Source: Myxococcota bacterium
GTDB taxonomy: Bacteria; Myxococcota_A; Polyangia; Nannocystales; Nannocystaceae
NCBI GenBank assembly: GCA_039194325.1
Contig: JBCCWC010000009.1
Coordinates: 32,001-96,000 of the forward strand
DNA length: 64,000 nucleotides
Direction: 5' to 3'
Both the position numbers and the translations under genes were made by a program. The notes beneath the pieces are model-generated. The model made no database searches. It had not been told where the DNA came from and saw nothing but the letters and a program-made list of their open reading frames with translations. Positions 39,440-50,804 of the stretch are shown in pieces. Numbering within the stretch: the stretch's first letter is position 1; every line of letters begins with the position of its first letter.

Positions 39440-41032
39440 TCAACCCAGTCCGCAGCCCGGCCCCGGATCATTTTCGCAGGTCACCTCGACCACCCCGAAC
39501 TCCGTGCCGGGTGCCTGTAGGTACCGAACCTCCACGGCCTGGTCGTTGGCGGCGCACGTGGGGTGAACCGCCTCATCGACCACCGCATAGGCGCACAGCG
39601 ACTCGCCGGCGGGCAGGGCCCACTGCTCGCCCTCCCGCACGCAGGTGGGCACCGACAGCCGCTCGGAGCCCACCGTTCGCTGGATCACGCAGTGCGAGGG
39701 TCGACCATCGACCACCAGGTCGTCTCCGACCGCTCCCGCGTCGATGCAGGTAGGACGCGAGAGCTGCTCGATGAGTCGATCGGCGATCGCCTCGAGGGCA
39801 GGCCGGTAGTCACCATCGCAGATCGAGAACACGTTGGAGCCGGGCGCGTCGGCGAAGGTCTCGGCCACGGCCAAAAGACGCACAGGCGGCACGGCCTCGC
39901 CCTTGTCGCTGCTACAGCCCGCCCCCACGCCGAAGTTGGCGAGGAAGTTGGGATCGGTCCCGGGCTGGTAGTCGATAGGCTCGCCGGTGTAGCCGGGGGG
40001 AACGCCGGCGATGACCGACAGCAAGACCTGCTGGTCGTCGGTCCCGAGGACCTCGCGCTTGCGGGCGTCGAGCTGCTGGAGCCGATCGATGTAGCGCGAC
40101 AGCGGGTGGAGTACGGCCCCCTCGGGGTCGGTGGCTTGACCCTGCAAGTCGATGTCGGCCGGCTCGCAGTCGATCCGCCCGTCGGGCCGCGACTGGCAGG
40201 CGACGCCGGCGTTCCAGCACACGGCGCTGGAGGCCTGCTGGGCGCTGGCGTCGGGCCACAGGGCCTTGGAACCATCCGGATCGAAGGCGTCCTCGCCGTC
40301 GAGGGTGGCCGAGCAATCGGCCTCGTCGGTGATGATCACGACCTGCAACAGGGCATCGTCCCGCAAGAAGCCCGCATCGGGCTCGGTATCGACGCCGCTG
40401 CGCTCGAAGGCCTCGAGCATCGCCTCGAGGGGCGACTCGTAGGAGCAGCCCGCGATCCCCTGGGGACCCCAGCAGGCCAGGGCCTGCGCGGTGCTGACCC
40501 CCTGTGGGACGTTGGTCCCGCCGCGATTGCGCTCGAGCCAGGGGCGAGGCGCGAGCGGACCTCCCTCCTCGAGCGCCGTGGGTAGCGGGGCAAGATCGGC
40601 CAGCGACTCGGGGCACGACTGCAGGCAGGCTTCTTCGCTCCGATCGACGCCGTTGAACACGAAGTCCTCCAGGTGGGATCGACAGCTACGCAGCGCGAGC
40701 GCCCCGAGCTCGCCGTCACCAAGCACACAGTGGGGGTTGGCACTCTCGGTGGTGGTGATCCCGATCCGATAGTCGGCGTCGACCTCGAGCTGCTCGAGCT
40801 GCGCGACCAAGACGCCGAAGTTCTCGGCCAGCGCGGCCTGCTCCTCGCCCATGGAGCCGGAGTTGTCGATGACGAAGAGGATGTCGACCTTGCGCCGAGA
40901 CTCCAAGGAGACCTCGGTGGTGGTCTCGGAGGAGTGCTGGTAGCACACGGGCTTGATGGGGTGAGCGTTACAGCCCGCAAGCGGCCAGAGCGTCATGAGG
41001 GCCAGGGCGGTCGATAGTCGGCGATGCTGCAT
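39440..41032 (-). CDS. Cys-rich VWA-domain lipoprotein (myxobacterial family)
   Basis: Lipobox [39 protein letters not shown]. Confidence 0.85.
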   Translation of the reverse strand: MQHRRLSTALALMTLWPLAGCNAHPIKPVCYQHSSETTTEVSLESRRKVDILFVIDNSGSMGEEQAALAENFGVLVAQLEQLEVDADYRIGITTTESANPHCVLGDGELGALALRSCRSHLEDFVFNGVDRSEEACLQSCPESLADLAPLPTALEEGGPLAPRPWLERNRGGTNVPQGVSTAQALACWGPQGIAGCSYESPLEAMLEAFERSGVDTEPDAGFLRDDALLQVVIITDEADCSATLDGEDAFDPDGSKALWPDASAQQASSAVCWNAGVACQSRPDGRIDCEPADIDLQGQATDPEGAVLHPLSRYIDRLQQLDARKREVLGTDDQQVLLSVIAGVPPGYTGEPIDYQPGTDPNFLANFGVGAGCSSDKGEAVPPVRLLAVAETFADAPGSNVFSICDGDYRPALEAIADRLIEQLSRPTCIDAGAVGDDLVVDGRPSHCVIQRTVGSERLSVPTCVREGEQWALPAGESLCAYAVVDEAVHPTCAANDQAVEVRYLQAPGTEFGVVEVTCENDPGPGCGLG

Positions 41033-41107
41033 GTCTGATGTGCTTCGTTGTGTGACAGTGAGTCGGCGATCCCCATCTCGCTCCATCTTCGACGACGAAC
41101 ACGGTCA

Positions 41108-41127
41108 CGGTTTCAATTGTGAAACCG
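41108..41127. promoter_or_regulatory. Inverted repeat CGGTTTCA-ATTG-TGAAACCG upstream of the VWA lipoprotein gene
   Basis: Perfect 8-bp arms with 4-bp spacer, about 75 bp upstream of ATG 41032. Confidence 0.5.
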
Positions 41128-41362
41128 ATGAGCCGGACCGAAGTTTCCGCGAGTCGTTGATCGAATGATCTTTGACCCAACTGCCGGGACGACCGCCGGG
41201 GTCTCCCCGATGATCCACAAGTCACCCCTGGTGATCGCACGGGACCCAGTGGCAGATCGGGTCCGGTTCGATCGGATCGCTCGGGAACCAATGCCCGCTG
41301 CGCACGTGTACCCGAGCGCGAACGCGTGGGTAGGTCGATGTCACCGTCCGCCGCGCGCGCCC

Positions 41363-43258
41363 CTAGCCAGAAGGACGGCTGATCCCGAACTTACGCATGC
41401 GAGCCCGCAGCGTGCTCGGGTTGAGCCCGAGCTGCGAGGCGGCGCCCTCGGGGCCCTCGATCGTCCACCCGCTCCGCTCCAGCACCTGGGTGATCGTTAC
41501 CCGCTCGTGCTCCTGTAGCGTCATCGACTCGGTCACGGCGGCACTCGGGGTCATCGATCCCCCCGTGCCCAGGTCGGGGAACTCAAGGCCGCGCCCCCTC
41601 CCGAGGATCGCCGCTCGCTCGAGCACGTTGGCCAGCTCCCGCACGTTCCCGGGCCAATCGTAGGCCCGCAGCTGGGCCAGGGCCCCCGGGCTGAGATCGG
41701 CCAGCTCGCTGCCGTGGCGGCGCAGGAAGTGCTGGGCCAGCGGGGCGATGTCGTCGGGTCGCTCCCGCAGCGGCGGCACGTCGATCGGGAAGACGTGCAG
41801 GCGGTAGTAGAGATCAGATCGAAACTCCCCCCGCGAGACGGCCTGGGCCAGATCGCAGTTGGTCGCGGCGACGATCCGAGCGTCGGAGCGTACCGACGTG
41901 CCCGAGCCGACCCGCTCGAACCGCCCCTCTTGGAGCGCGCGCAGCAGCTTGGCCTGAGCGCTGGGATCGAGCTGGTCGACCTCGTCCAACAGCAGCGTTC
42001 CTCGATCGGCCAGCTCGAAGCGACCGACCCGATCCTGATCGGCCCCGGTGAACGCTCCCCGCACGTGGCCGAACAGCTCGCTCTCGAACATGGACGGCGG
42101 GACGGCGGCGCAGTTGATCGTCACCAGGGGCCCGCCGCGGTTGGGCCGCTGTTCGTGGAGCGCCCGGGCGACGACCTCCTTGCCCACGCCGGTCTCCCCG
42201 GTGATGAGGACGGTGGCGTCGGAGGCGGCGACCTTGCGCACGGCCCGAGCAACCCCGGCCAGGCCCGGGCAGCGCTCCAGCAGGGTGAGCGCCGGAGGCT
42301 CCGGCTGCACCTCGCGGTGGAGCGCGTCGCGGTCGCGTCCGAGGCGGAGCTCGAGCCGGTGGCGCGCGATCGCATTGGCGAGCAACTGCACCTGCAGGCG
42401 CAACGCGGCGGTGAGACTGGAGTCGGTGACGCTGGGGGTTCGCACCGCGGTGGCCGACAGCGCTCCGAGCACCTGCCCCCCCACGACCAGGGGTATGACC
42501 AGATCGAAGACCTCGCGGGCGCGCTGCAAGGTGGCGCGAACGGCCGAGGCATCCGGGCTGGGATCGGAGACCACGGACGCCGACGCCTCGGCGCCGGACT
42601 GGCGAACCTCGGCGTAGCGGGGGTGCTCCGACAGGGGGACGTGCTGGAATTGATCCGCGAGCCCCACCAGCCCCGGGCGTACCCACTCGTAGACCATGGT
42701 CAGCGTGTCATCGGGAGCAAAGAGCACGACCCCGACGTGCTCGGCCCGGGTAAAGCGACCCAGCGAGCCGAGGGCTCGGGTGGCCCACGCCGCGAACACC
42801 TCGGGATCGCTGGCCGAGAAGTCGGCCGACAGCGAGGTCAGCTCTTGCTGGAATTCGAGCCGCTCCGAGAGCTCGCGCTCGGCGAGCCACTTGCCGGTGA
42901 AGTCGTGCACCGTGCCCACCAAGCGCTCGACCGAGCCATCGTCACGCAGCACCGGCGACAGGGTGACGTTGACCCAGCGTCGCTTGACCCCGGGACGATC
43001 GACGTGGTCTTGGTAGGCCACCGGCGCTCGGGTCCGCACGCAGGCGTCGAAGTTTGGCTGGATATGTCGGGCCCACTCGGGGTCGAGCTCGCCGACCGTC
43101 TTGCCGACGATCTGGGCGTTGGTCGCCCCCGTTCCCCGCTCCATACGCTCGTTGAAGGCGGCGAAGCGGCAATCGCCCTGCCGATCGACGTCCACCACGA
43201 ACATCGCGGTCCCGATGTTGCCGAGCAGGTCGCGTAGCTGTGGGGACAAGCTCGCCAC
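41363..43258 (-). CDS. PAS-GAF sigma54-dependent activator (FhlA-like), paralog A
   Basis: [42 protein letters not shown]; start GTG 43258 chosen. Confidence 0.92.
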   Translation of the reverse strand: MASLSPQLRDLLGNIGTAMFVVDVDRQGDCRFAAFNERMERGTGATNAQIVGKTVGELDPEWARHIQPNFDACVRTRAPVAYQDHVDRPGVKRRWVNVTLSPVLRDDGSVERLVGTVHDFTGKWLAERELSERLEFQQELTSLSADFSASDPEVFAAWATRALGSLGRFTRAEHVGVVLFAPDDTLTMVYEWVRPGLVGLADQFQHVPLSEHPRYAEVRQSGAEASASVVSDPSPDASAVRATLQRAREVFDLVIPLVVGGQVLGALSATAVRTPSVTDSSLTAALRLQVQLLANAIARHRLELRLGRDRDALHREVQPEPPALTLLERCPGLAGVARAVRKVAASDATVLITGETGVGKEVVARALHEQRPNRGGPLVTINCAAVPPSMFESELFGHVRGAFTGADQDRVGRFELADRGTLLLDEVDQLDPSAQAKLLRALQEGRFERVGSGTSVRSDARIVAATNCDLAQAVSRGEFRSDLYYRLHVFPIDVPPLRERPDDIAPLAQHFLRRHGSELADLSPGALAQLRAYDWPGNVRELANVLERAAILGRGRGLEFPDLGTGGSMTPSAAVTESMTLQEHERVTITQVLERSGWTIEGPEGAASQLGLNPSTLRARMRKFGISRPSG

Positions 43259-43348
43259 ACGCCCAGTATACGCGGAGCACCGCGAGCCACGCCCGGCCGC
43301 CGACGAACGGAGCGTCGAACGTCGGGCCACCGAGCCACCGGTGGGGCG

Positions 43349-45232
43349 TCACTCGGGTCGAGCGATCCCGAGTTTCTGCATGCGTGATCGAAGCGTGCTG
43401 GGGCTAACGCCCAGCAGCCGCGCGGCTCCCGACTCCCCCTCGATCACGCCATGGGTGCGACCGAGGGTGGTGGTGATCAGCTCCGCCTGGGCCTCGGCCA
43501 GCGTGGCGACCCGCGAGACCGGGGTGAGCAGGGCCGCCAGATCACCCCGGCTTACCGTGGGGCCCTCGGCCAGGATCACGGCCCGCTCGAGGAGGTTGGC
43601 CAGCTCGCGGACGTTCCCGGGCCAGTCGTGCTGCCGCAGAAACTGGACCGCGTCGGGGGTCAGCGACCGAGGCTGGGCCCGGCTGTGGCGTCGCATGAAG
43701 TGCTCGGCCAAGGCGGGGATGTCCTGCCTACGCTCGCGCAGCGGGGGCAAGGCGATCGGGAACACGTTGAGTCGATAGAAGAGATCGGCCCGAAAGCGCC
43801 CCGCCTTCACCTCGGCCGTCAGATCCCGGTTGGTGGCCGCTATTACCCGAACGTCGACGTGAGTGGTGGTGTTGGAGCCCACCCGCTCGAAGCACTGGGA
43901 CTGGAGCACGCGCAGCAGCTTGGCCTGCACCGACAGATCGAGCTCACCGACCTCGTCCAGGAACAGGGTGCCGCCGTCGGCGAGCTCGAAGCGACCCGGC
44001 TGCGCCCGCACGGCCCCGGTGAACGCCCCTTTGACGTGCCCGAACAGCTCGCTCTCGACCAGGCCGGCCGAGATCGCGGCACAGTTGACGGTGACGAGCA
44101 CGGCGTCGGCCCGATGGCTTAGATCGTGGATCGCCCGGGCGACCAGCTCCTTGCCCGTGCCCGTCTCCCCGGTGAGCAGCACGGTGGTGGTGCCCGGGGC
44201 GACGGTGCGCACCGCCTCGAGCACCGCCTTCATGCCGGTGTCATGCCCAACGATCCGCGAGGCATCCCAGCGACGGTCGAGCTCGTCGCGCAAGTAGTCA
44301 CGATCGCGCCGCAGTTGGCGCTCGAGGGTGGCGCGCGCGATCGCGTCGGCCAGCAGCTGGGCCACCAGCCGAAAGCGCCCCACCGTCCGCTCGGTCCACT
44401 CGGTCGCGGTCCGCACGGTGTTGTTGGACAGCGCCCCCAACAGCTCCCCGGCCGAGACCAGGGGGAGGATCAGGCTCGACCTGGTGCCGGTCCGCGCAAA
44501 CTCGTCTTGCTCTTGCCGCGAGGGGACGCTGCGGGGCTCGTGGTTGAGCATGACCTGCCGAGCTTCGATCATCTTGCGATACCAAGGGAAGCGATCGACG
44601 GGGCAGTGCTGGTACCACGCCCGCACAGAGGTGACCCCCTCGGCGACCCACTCGTGGGTGCAGCTAAAGTGCTCGTGATCGTCGTCGTACTCGAACACCT
44701 GGAGTCGATCGGATCCGCTGAATCGGCCCAGCTCGCCCATCACCCGCGCCAACACGGCCTCGAGGTTGTCGACCCCGGCGCTGACCAGATCGGCGGCGAG
44801 CCGGGCCACGAGGTGCTCGAAACGCAAGCGCTCGGCGAGGGCCTCCTCGGCCTTGCGCTGCTCGGTGCACTCGATGGCGGTGCCGAGCAGACGCCAGACT
44901 CGGCCGGAGTCGTCGAGAATGGGCACCAGCGTGTGGTTAGACCACCGTCGACCTTGCTGCTGCTCGATATAGTCGCGAAAGGTGATCGCGGTGCGCTCGG
45001 CGACGCAGCGGCGGTAATTGGCGACGATCCGATCCGCCCACGCCTCAGCAAAGAGATCGTGAGGGAGCTTTCCCACGACTTGCTCGGTGGTCATGCCCAC
45101 GTCGCGCTCTTGGGTATCGTTGAACGCGAAATAGCGAAATAGACCGTCGCGACCGACATCCACGACATAGACCGCCGCACCGATCGTATCGATGAATGCA
45201 CGGAAGTGGTCGCGATCGTGGGTGGTCAGCAT
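43349..45232 (-). CDS. PAS-GAF sigma54-dependent activator (FhlA-like), paralog B
   Basis: [44 protein letters not shown]. Confidence 0.93.
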   Translation of the reverse strand: MLTTHDRDHFRAFIDTIGAAVYVVDVGRDGLFRYFAFNDTQERDVGMTTEQVVGKLPHDLFAEAWADRIVANYRRCVAERTAITFRDYIEQQQGRRWSNHTLVPILDDSGRVWRLLGTAIECTEQRKAEEALAERLRFEHLVARLAADLVSAGVDNLEAVLARVMGELGRFSGSDRLQVFEYDDDHEHFSCTHEWVAEGVTSVRAWYQHCPVDRFPWYRKMIEARQVMLNHEPRSVPSRQEQDEFARTGTRSSLILPLVSAGELLGALSNNTVRTATEWTERTVGRFRLVAQLLADAIARATLERQLRRDRDYLRDELDRRWDASRIVGHDTGMKAVLEAVRTVAPGTTTVLLTGETGTGKELVARAIHDLSHRADAVLVTVNCAAISAGLVESELFGHVKGAFTGAVRAQPGRFELADGGTLFLDEVGELDLSVQAKLLRVLQSQCFERVGSNTTTHVDVRVIAATNRDLTAEVKAGRFRADLFYRLNVFPIALPPLRERRQDIPALAEHFMRRHSRAQPRSLTPDAVQFLRQHDWPGNVRELANLLERAVILAEGPTVSRGDLAALLTPVSRVATLAEAQAELITTTLGRTHGVIEGESGAARLLGVSPSTLRSRMQKLGIARPE

Positions 45233-45433
45233 GGGCGGCGCTCGAGCGAATGCCGCGAGTATAGACCCGAGCCCGTGGAGCCCGTGGAGCCCGTGGATCG
45301 ACTCATCGAGCTCCTCGCGCCTGCGGTCCCCGCGATTGCCGCGACTTGGTAGACGGCCACGGCTTTCCCAACGGCGGGGCGAACTCGGTCGACGCGATGC
45401 TGCCGAGGAGATCGGGCCGGGACTCCGGAGCCG

Positions 45434-46183
45434 TCAGCGCTCGGCAAGCCGCTCGGGCTCGTCGGTCAGCAACCGAAGCGTGCGCGACAACTCGGCCGCC
45501 GCGTCGAGCACGAGCCAGATCTTGCCGAGCGCCTGCTCGGAGAACGCGGCGAGTCGCTCGGAGGGCACGATCCGTGCGAGGAGCGCGCCCCCCTCGTCGC
45601 CTACGGCCCGACTCACCGTCGGGCCCGGGCGCCGCGAGATCACCAGCTGGATGATCGACAGCGCATCGAGGGCCGCATCGCTGGATCGCACGCTGAGCCG
45701 AGTCTGGACGAAGTCGGCCAGGCGCCGCAGCTCGTCGCGTAGCGCCGCCTCGGCTGCCCGGGTGGTGCTCGCCTCGATGGCCCGCACGACGGCCTGGCCC
45801 AGCTCGGCGTCGTGGACGTCGGCGGGCAGCACGAGGACCCGCTCGTCGCCCTCGAGCCCCTGCAGCACGTATTCGGGGCGCAGCTGAGGGTCGCGCAGGA
45901 TGATGATCTCCAGGTTGGGATCGGTGTGACGCAGCATCTTGGCGAGCGCGATGCCCGAGATGTGCGGGTCGCCGGTCTCTTGGACGACGGCCACGCGGAA
46001 CGGCTCTTGGATCCTTTGCTGGGCCGCGACCCGACGGGTGACCAGCGGCAACGCCACGGTGCGGACTTCGAGCCACTGTCGTGGGTGACGAGCCTCGGCT
46101 TCTCGCTTGATGGTCTGAGCAAGGCGCTGCGCACCGCGGGAGTCGACGACCAGGACGAGGGAGTGATCGGGGATCATGGACAT
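45434..46183 (-). CDS. Hypothetical protein with degenerate receiver-like N-terminal domain
   Basis: SLVLVVDS...FRVAVVQ...ISGIALAKMLRHTDPNLEIIIL resembles a REC fold, with Gln where the phospho-Asp would be. Confidence 0.6.
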   Translation of the reverse strand: MSMIPDHSLVLVVDSRGAQRLAQTIKREAEARHPRQWLEVRTVALPLVTRRVAAQQRIQEPFRVAVVQETGDPHISGIALAKMLRHTDPNLEIIILRDPQLRPEYVLQGLEGDERVLVLPADVHDAELGQAVVRAIEASTTRAAEAALRDELRRLADFVQTRLSVRSSDAALDALSIIQLVISRRPGPTVSRAVGDEGGALLARIVPSERLAAFSEQALGKIWLVLDAAAELSRTLRLLTDEPERLAER

Positions 46184-46236
46184 GGGAGTGAAACCTCGGA
46201 GTGGGGGACGGTCGGATGGAGGACAGTTGGATGGAG

Positions 46237-46272
46237 GAGTGAAGTGAGTGAAGTGAGTGAAGTGAGTGAAGT
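46237..46272. repeat. 4 x 9-bp tandem repeat (GAGTGAAGT)
   Basis: Intergenic, upstream of start 46183. Confidence 0.85.
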
Positions 46273-46312
46273 AACGGAGGGAGAGAGGACACCCGGGCGT
46301 GGCTGCGAACCT

Positions 46313-46612
46313 CTAGCTCGCCCGTGGCGGGCTCGACTCGGTCGGAGCGAGCAGGGAGCGCACCTCCTTGAGCTGCCGCTGGATCACCTGCGTGAGGCAC
46401 GAGATCGCGACGAAGCGGCTCCCTTCGATCACCCGAACGAGCTCGCGGGTGGCTCCGTCACGGCGAACCGGAGAGTCGACAATCGCCGTCTCGAGTGTGG
46501 TGAGCACTTCGGATGCTGCCGCGATCGCGTCGAGGGCCAGCATCCGTTCATCGGCGGAGGTAATGCACAAAGGCGCGGTGTCTTGGTCGGTGACGTATTC
46601 GTTGTGCGACAT
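46313..46612 (-). CDS. Small helical hypothetical protein (99 aa)
   Basis: ATG 26 bp downstream of a perfect sigma54 promoter; amphipathic helical composition. Confidence 0.7.
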   Translation of the reverse strand: MSHNEYVTDQDTAPLCITSADERMLALDAIAAASEVLTTLETAIVDSPVRRDGATRELVRVIEGSRFVAISCLTQVIQRQLKEVRSLLAPTESSPPRAS

Positions 46613-46638
46613 GGAGGCGCTCCTCGACCCAACCTATG

Positions 46639-46654
46639 AGCAACGGCCGTGCCA
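46639..46654 (-). promoter_or_regulatory. Sigma54 (-24/-12) promoter, perfect consensus
   Basis: Minus strand TGGCACG-GCCG-TTGCT. Confidence 0.88.
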
Positions 46655-46897
46655 TGAAAAAGTCGTTTGTCATCGTGCGATGCTCGTCGACGACTCCGTC
46701 AAATCCCGTGGCCCCCACGAAAAACCGCGGTCCTACCCAAGGGCCCACCGATCGCCACAAACATCCACCCGCCTTGGGCCCACACCACGACGAGGACAAT
46801 TGACCCGCCGTTCGAGCTCCCTAGGCGAGGCGAGTGGCAAAACTCCCCACGTTACCGGATCGAGGGACTACGCGGCGTGAGAAAGCCCGATCCACGC

Positions 46898-46937
46898 ATG
46901 CACGTGGATCCACGTGCATCCACGTACATCCACGTCA
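46898..46937. repeat. 4 x 10-bp repeat (ATSCACGTNN) containing the perfect 22-bp palindrome ATGCACGTGGATCCACGTGCAT (46898-46919)
   Basis: Read directly; just downstream of the TPR lipoprotein stop and about 245 bp upstream of the sigma54 promoter. Confidence 0.8.
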
Positions 46938-46952
46938 AACCCGACTCTGGAC

Positions 46953-49337
46953 TCAGCGAGCCCGGGGATCGGGGATCGCCACCGGACAGGGCGCGACCAG
47001 CCACGGGACACCGACCATATCGAGCTCGAGCTCCATCCCTCGAATCGAAGAATAGCTCAGGCCCACCTGGACGGTGCCCCGAAGGATGACGCCTCCCCGC
47101 CCGGGCAGGTTACGGGGGCGAAAGTTCTTGGCCGCTTCGTCGGCCGCCGCCCGGCGTAGCGCCCGTTCGGCCTTGCGCCGCGCCGAGCCCGAAGCGGTGG
47201 CCACCAGCCAGGCCTGCGCCAAGAGCCGCACCTCGACGGCCTTGCCGTCACGCGCCAGCCGCTGAAGCTCCGCCCGGTCGTCCCGGGCCGGGCCCGAGTC
47301 GCCAGGCGCCAAGGCCAGACGCACGGCCCGGGCATTGAGCCGCGGTAGGTCTTGGGCCTCCGGCTTGGCGCTCTTTTCGGCCTGGGTCCACAGGGCCAGG
47401 GCCTGCTCGGATCGCCCCTGCTCGGCCACGACCACCGCGAGGTTGTTGAGCAGCAGGGCGTCCGCCTCGGCGCCGGGCTGCCCCAATAGCGCCCGATAGC
47501 GCCGCTCGAGCTCGGCCCACGACGACTGACCCCGACCCAAGCGCCGGGCGATCACGTGGCCGTCGATCACCGCCCGCCGCAAGGCTCGCGGCCGCTGCTC
47601 CCCGTCGATGGCGTCGAGCAAGCGCAGCATGTCGGGCACCCGCTCGGCGGCATCCCAGGCCGCGACCAGGTCGAGGGCAGCCAGGGCCCGCCGACTCGCC
47701 AGGGCCTCGGCGTGCTCGGCGGGAGGCTCCACGTCGAGCACGGCCAGGGCCGCGCGACGATCCTCGGAGAACTCGGCCGCGGCTAGCATCAGCGTGTAGG
47801 CGTGGAGGCTGCCCGGCACCTCGCCAGCGAGCGCCCGGGTCCGGGCCAGCAAGGTGCGGGTCATCGCCCGCAGGGCCTCGGTCCCCTCGGCCTGGCTCTT
47901 GGGCCAAGCCTCCATCCCCAGGTCGTAGGCAAAGCGCAGCACTCGGCCCTCGTCGGCTCCGAGCTGCTCGAGCGCCTCGATGTCGGCCCGTATCTGGATG
48001 AGCGGGGATCGCAGTGCGTCGAAGATCTCCGCGGGCTTGCGATCGGCCAGCTGCGGCAGCATGTAGTAGATCAGCATGGTCGCCCGCACGCCGATCGTCA
48101 GCTCGTACCAGTCGCGGTCGAGGTGATCCCGCGGCGCGGCGCGATCGACGAGCTCTGCGGCGGCCATGAAATCCAGCCCATCGGACAGCACCACCTTGGC
48201 CAACCCGACCACGGGGCGAGCGTCGTCGGGGTGGTGGCGCATCAGCTGCTCGAACAACGCCCGAGCCTCGCCGAAACGCTGCAGATCAGCCAGCGCCCGG
48301 CCCCGCTCCAGTCGGTCGTCGAGGCCCGCCGCGTCCCGCAGCTCGACCGCGCGCCGGGCGCTGCTGGCCATCGTTCGGGCGCGATGCAGCCGCTTGGTGA
48401 GCGCTTCGTCGGCGCCAGCATCGGCAGTGGAGTCGGCGACGGGCTCGGCCCCAGGCTCGGCAATGCCCGCGAGGGCCTCAGCCCGCGCGAGCGCCTCCCG
48501 ACCACACGACACGTCGAGGGCGCGATGGCACACCACGGCTAGATCTAGCCAGTGCGCCGCGGTCGCGGTGGTTCCTCGCATGGACAGTGAGCGCTGGAGC
48601 ACGCCGACCGCGAGCGCCTCGTCCTGATCGATGATCTTCGATCCGAGCCGCCCGAGGATCTGCGGCACGTCGGGGTGGTCGGGCTGGGTGCGCAGCAGCG
48701 CCGCGACGGTGCGCCGGTGCAGCGGGCCCGCGCCCTGCAGAGCGCCGCGCACTAGCTGGGCCAGATGCCCGATCATCTCGGAATCCTGGGCCTGACCATC
48801 CTTGGTGAGGGTGGCCGCGAACGCGGCGAGCATCTGACCGAACACGTTGCGGTCGCGGGCCAGCACCGGCATGTCCATCAGCCGGTAGACCTTCTCCAGC
48901 ACCAGCAAGACTTCGACCGGAGCCTGCTCCACGGTACCGCCCGCCCGCTCGGCCAGCGCCAACGCCCGGGCCAACGCGACCACACCGGGTAACCCTGCAT
49001 CACCCCCGCCGGCCCGGCTGAGCCCCTCGAAGCGCTCGAGCTCAGCCCGTGACGCCGCCAGCAAGGTCGAGGCATCGCCCGACATGTCCGCCACCCCGAG
49101 CGCATCGGCGAGCCATGGGGGCAGCTCGACGGTCAGCGCCGGGCGGGGGCCCGGATCGATCGCCTCGGCGATCTGCGCCACGCTGGGCCCCGACCCTTCG
49201 GCGGGCGCCGTCGCGGTCGCCTCGGGCGGCCGAGGAGGCGGCGGGGCCTCGCGCCCGGATCGCGAGCACGCCGCGATGGCCAAGCCAAGCCCCAGCTGCC
49301 CCAGCACCCTCGACTTCAGCGACCGGGCGTGTCGCAT
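46953..49337 (-). CDS. TPR-containing lipoprotein
   Basis: Lipobox IAAC; TPR motifs (LLNNLAVVVAEQGRSEQA; GRALADLQRFGEA). Confidence 0.8.
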   Translation of the reverse strand: MRHARSLKSRVLGQLGLGLAIAACSRSGREAPPPPRPPEATATAPAEGSGPSVAQIAEAIDPGPRPALTVELPPWLADALGVADMSGDASTLLAASRAELERFEGLSRAGGGDAGLPGVVALARALALAERAGGTVEQAPVEVLLVLEKVYRLMDMPVLARDRNVFGQMLAAFAATLTKDGQAQDSEMIGHLAQLVRGALQGAGPLHRRTVAALLRTQPDHPDVPQILGRLGSKIIDQDEALAVGVLQRSLSMRGTTATAAHWLDLAVVCHRALDVSCGREALARAEALAGIAEPGAEPVADSTADAGADEALTKRLHRARTMASSARRAVELRDAAGLDDRLERGRALADLQRFGEARALFEQLMRHHPDDARPVVGLAKVVLSDGLDFMAAAELVDRAAPRDHLDRDWYELTIGVRATMLIYYMLPQLADRKPAEIFDALRSPLIQIRADIEALEQLGADEGRVLRFAYDLGMEAWPKSQAEGTEALRAMTRTLLARTRALAGEVPGSLHAYTLMLAAAEFSEDRRAALAVLDVEPPAEHAEALASRRALAALDLVAAWDAAERVPDMLRLLDAIDGEQRPRALRRAVIDGHVIARRLGRGQSSWAELERRYRALLGQPGAEADALLLNNLAVVVAEQGRSEQALALWTQAEKSAKPEAQDLPRLNARAVRLALAPGDSGPARDDRAELQRLARDGKAVEVRLLAQAWLVATASGSARRKAERALRRAAADEAAKNFRPRNLPGRGGVILRGTVQVGLSYSSIRGMELELDMVGVPWLVAPCPVAIPDPRAR

Positions 49338-49340
49338 CGG

Positions 49341-50804
49341 CTACTTCCGAAGGCGCACATGGAAGTGGTTGATGTGACCTTTCCAGTGGCGAATGATCCC
49401 GTGCGCACGCCGACGCCCACGCGGGTACTGGAAGATCTCGTCGAGGAACTCCTCGCTGGCCCCGCGCTTGTCGCGGGCGTACTCGTACAGCAGCTTCTGC
49501 AGCTTGTAGTCCACGAACACATAGACAACCTGCTCGGTGTCGATGAACGACATGATGAGCCGCCAGGTACGGGCCACGTCGAGGTTCTTGGCGTTGGCCG
49601 CCCTAAAGCGGGTCTGCTTGGAGTCCTCGCCCGTCAGCACGTAGCCGATATCCACATCACGGCCATGCTGATGAGACTTGTGGGGCTTGAAGGGGCCCCC
49701 GCCGCGCTTGGAGATGTCGCCGATGTTGACCTTGGGCCCCCCCGGCATGCGCGTTTTGTAGGCCGCGACGGCGGTCTGGATCGTCCGGATCGTCTGCGAG
49801 GTCCCCCAGGCGCCGGCCTCCCACTTGATGTGGTAGTGCCGCCCGGGAGGCAGCAACACGCCCGCCCGCAGCACGCCCTTGTCGCGATCGACCCCCCCGA
49901 AGCCGGGCATGATCCCTCCGTCGACCCAGATCCGGAGGCTCTGCCCCACGCGCAGCGCGCTGGGATCCTCGAGCTTGCCCCGCTGGAACCGCTCGAGCTC
50001 GCGCCGGGTGAGATGGTAACGCTGGGCGATCTCACCGAAGCTATCGCCGGCCTTGACCGTGTACGTGATCTCGTCGCGTTGCCGTGGCGCGATCTCGGGG
50101 CACACGCGTACCGTCTGCCCCACACTGAGCAAGTTGGGGTTCTTGCGGATCCGGGAGTTCCAACGCATCAGATCGCCCCGCCGCACGCCATAGCGACCTG
50201 CGATCGATCCGAGGTTCTCCCCGGGCACCACCGTGTGCTCGTAAAGCGGGGTGCGATGCCCACAGAGCTTGGAGGTCGAGGCTCGGCGCTGGTCGACACA
50301 GATCTGGAGCGTCTGGCCCACCCGCAGCATGTGGGGCGGCTCGGCCACGCTCTTGTTGCGACGGAAGATCTCCTTGTCGGAGACGGCGTACTTGCTGGTG
50401 AGCTTGCTGAGTGTGTCGCCCTTTTGCACCTCGTGCTCGACGATCACCCCGCCCGAGCCGCAGGACCGGGCCCGCTTCTTCTTGGGAATCGACTCCTTCT
50501 TCTTGGAGCGGTCGACGCTCGCCTTGGCCTCCTTGGCCTCCTTGGCCTTTTGCTTGGCGAGCGCCTTGGCAGCGCAGACGTCGAGTTGCTGGCCGATGCG
50601 CAACAGGTCGGGGTTCTTCTTCAGCGCCGGGTTGCTATCGATCAGATCACGCTGGGACACCCCGTGCCGGTTGGCGATGTGTCCAAGGGTCTGCCCGGCA
50701 GCCACGGTGTGCGTGCAGTCTTTGCCCTTGGCCCAGCCATCGGTCGGCCAGGCCCCGAGGGTCAGGCCGACGATGAGTGCGAGTCCGAGACCAGCGCGCC
50801 GCAT
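49341..50804 (-). CDS. 4x LysM + MepA-like (LAS-type zinc) murein endopeptidase
   Basis: Signal peptide; four LysM (HTV..G.TL..IA); IGDIS..GG, SHQHGRDVD, HINHFHVR; ATG at 50804. Confidence 0.9.
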   Translation of the reverse strand: MRRAGLGLALIVGLTLGAWPTDGWAKGKDCTHTVAAGQTLGHIANRHGVSQRDLIDSNPALKKNPDLLRIGQQLDVCAAKALAKQKAKEAKEAKASVDRSKKKESIPKKKRARSCGSGGVIVEHEVQKGDTLSKLTSKYAVSDKEIFRRNKSVAEPPHMLRVGQTLQICVDQRRASTSKLCGHRTPLYEHTVVPGENLGSIAGRYGVRRGDLMRWNSRIRKNPNLLSVGQTVRVCPEIAPRQRDEITYTVKAGDSFGEIAQRYHLTRRELERFQRGKLEDPSALRVGQSLRIWVDGGIMPGFGGVDRDKGVLRAGVLLPPGRHYHIKWEAGAWGTSQTIRTIQTAVAAYKTRMPGGPKVNIGDISKRGGGPFKPHKSHQHGRDVDIGYVLTGEDSKQTRFRAANAKNLDVARTWRLIMSFIDTEQVVYVFVDYKLQKLLYEYARDKRGASEEFLDEIFQYPRGRRRAHGIIRHWKGHINHFHVRLRK

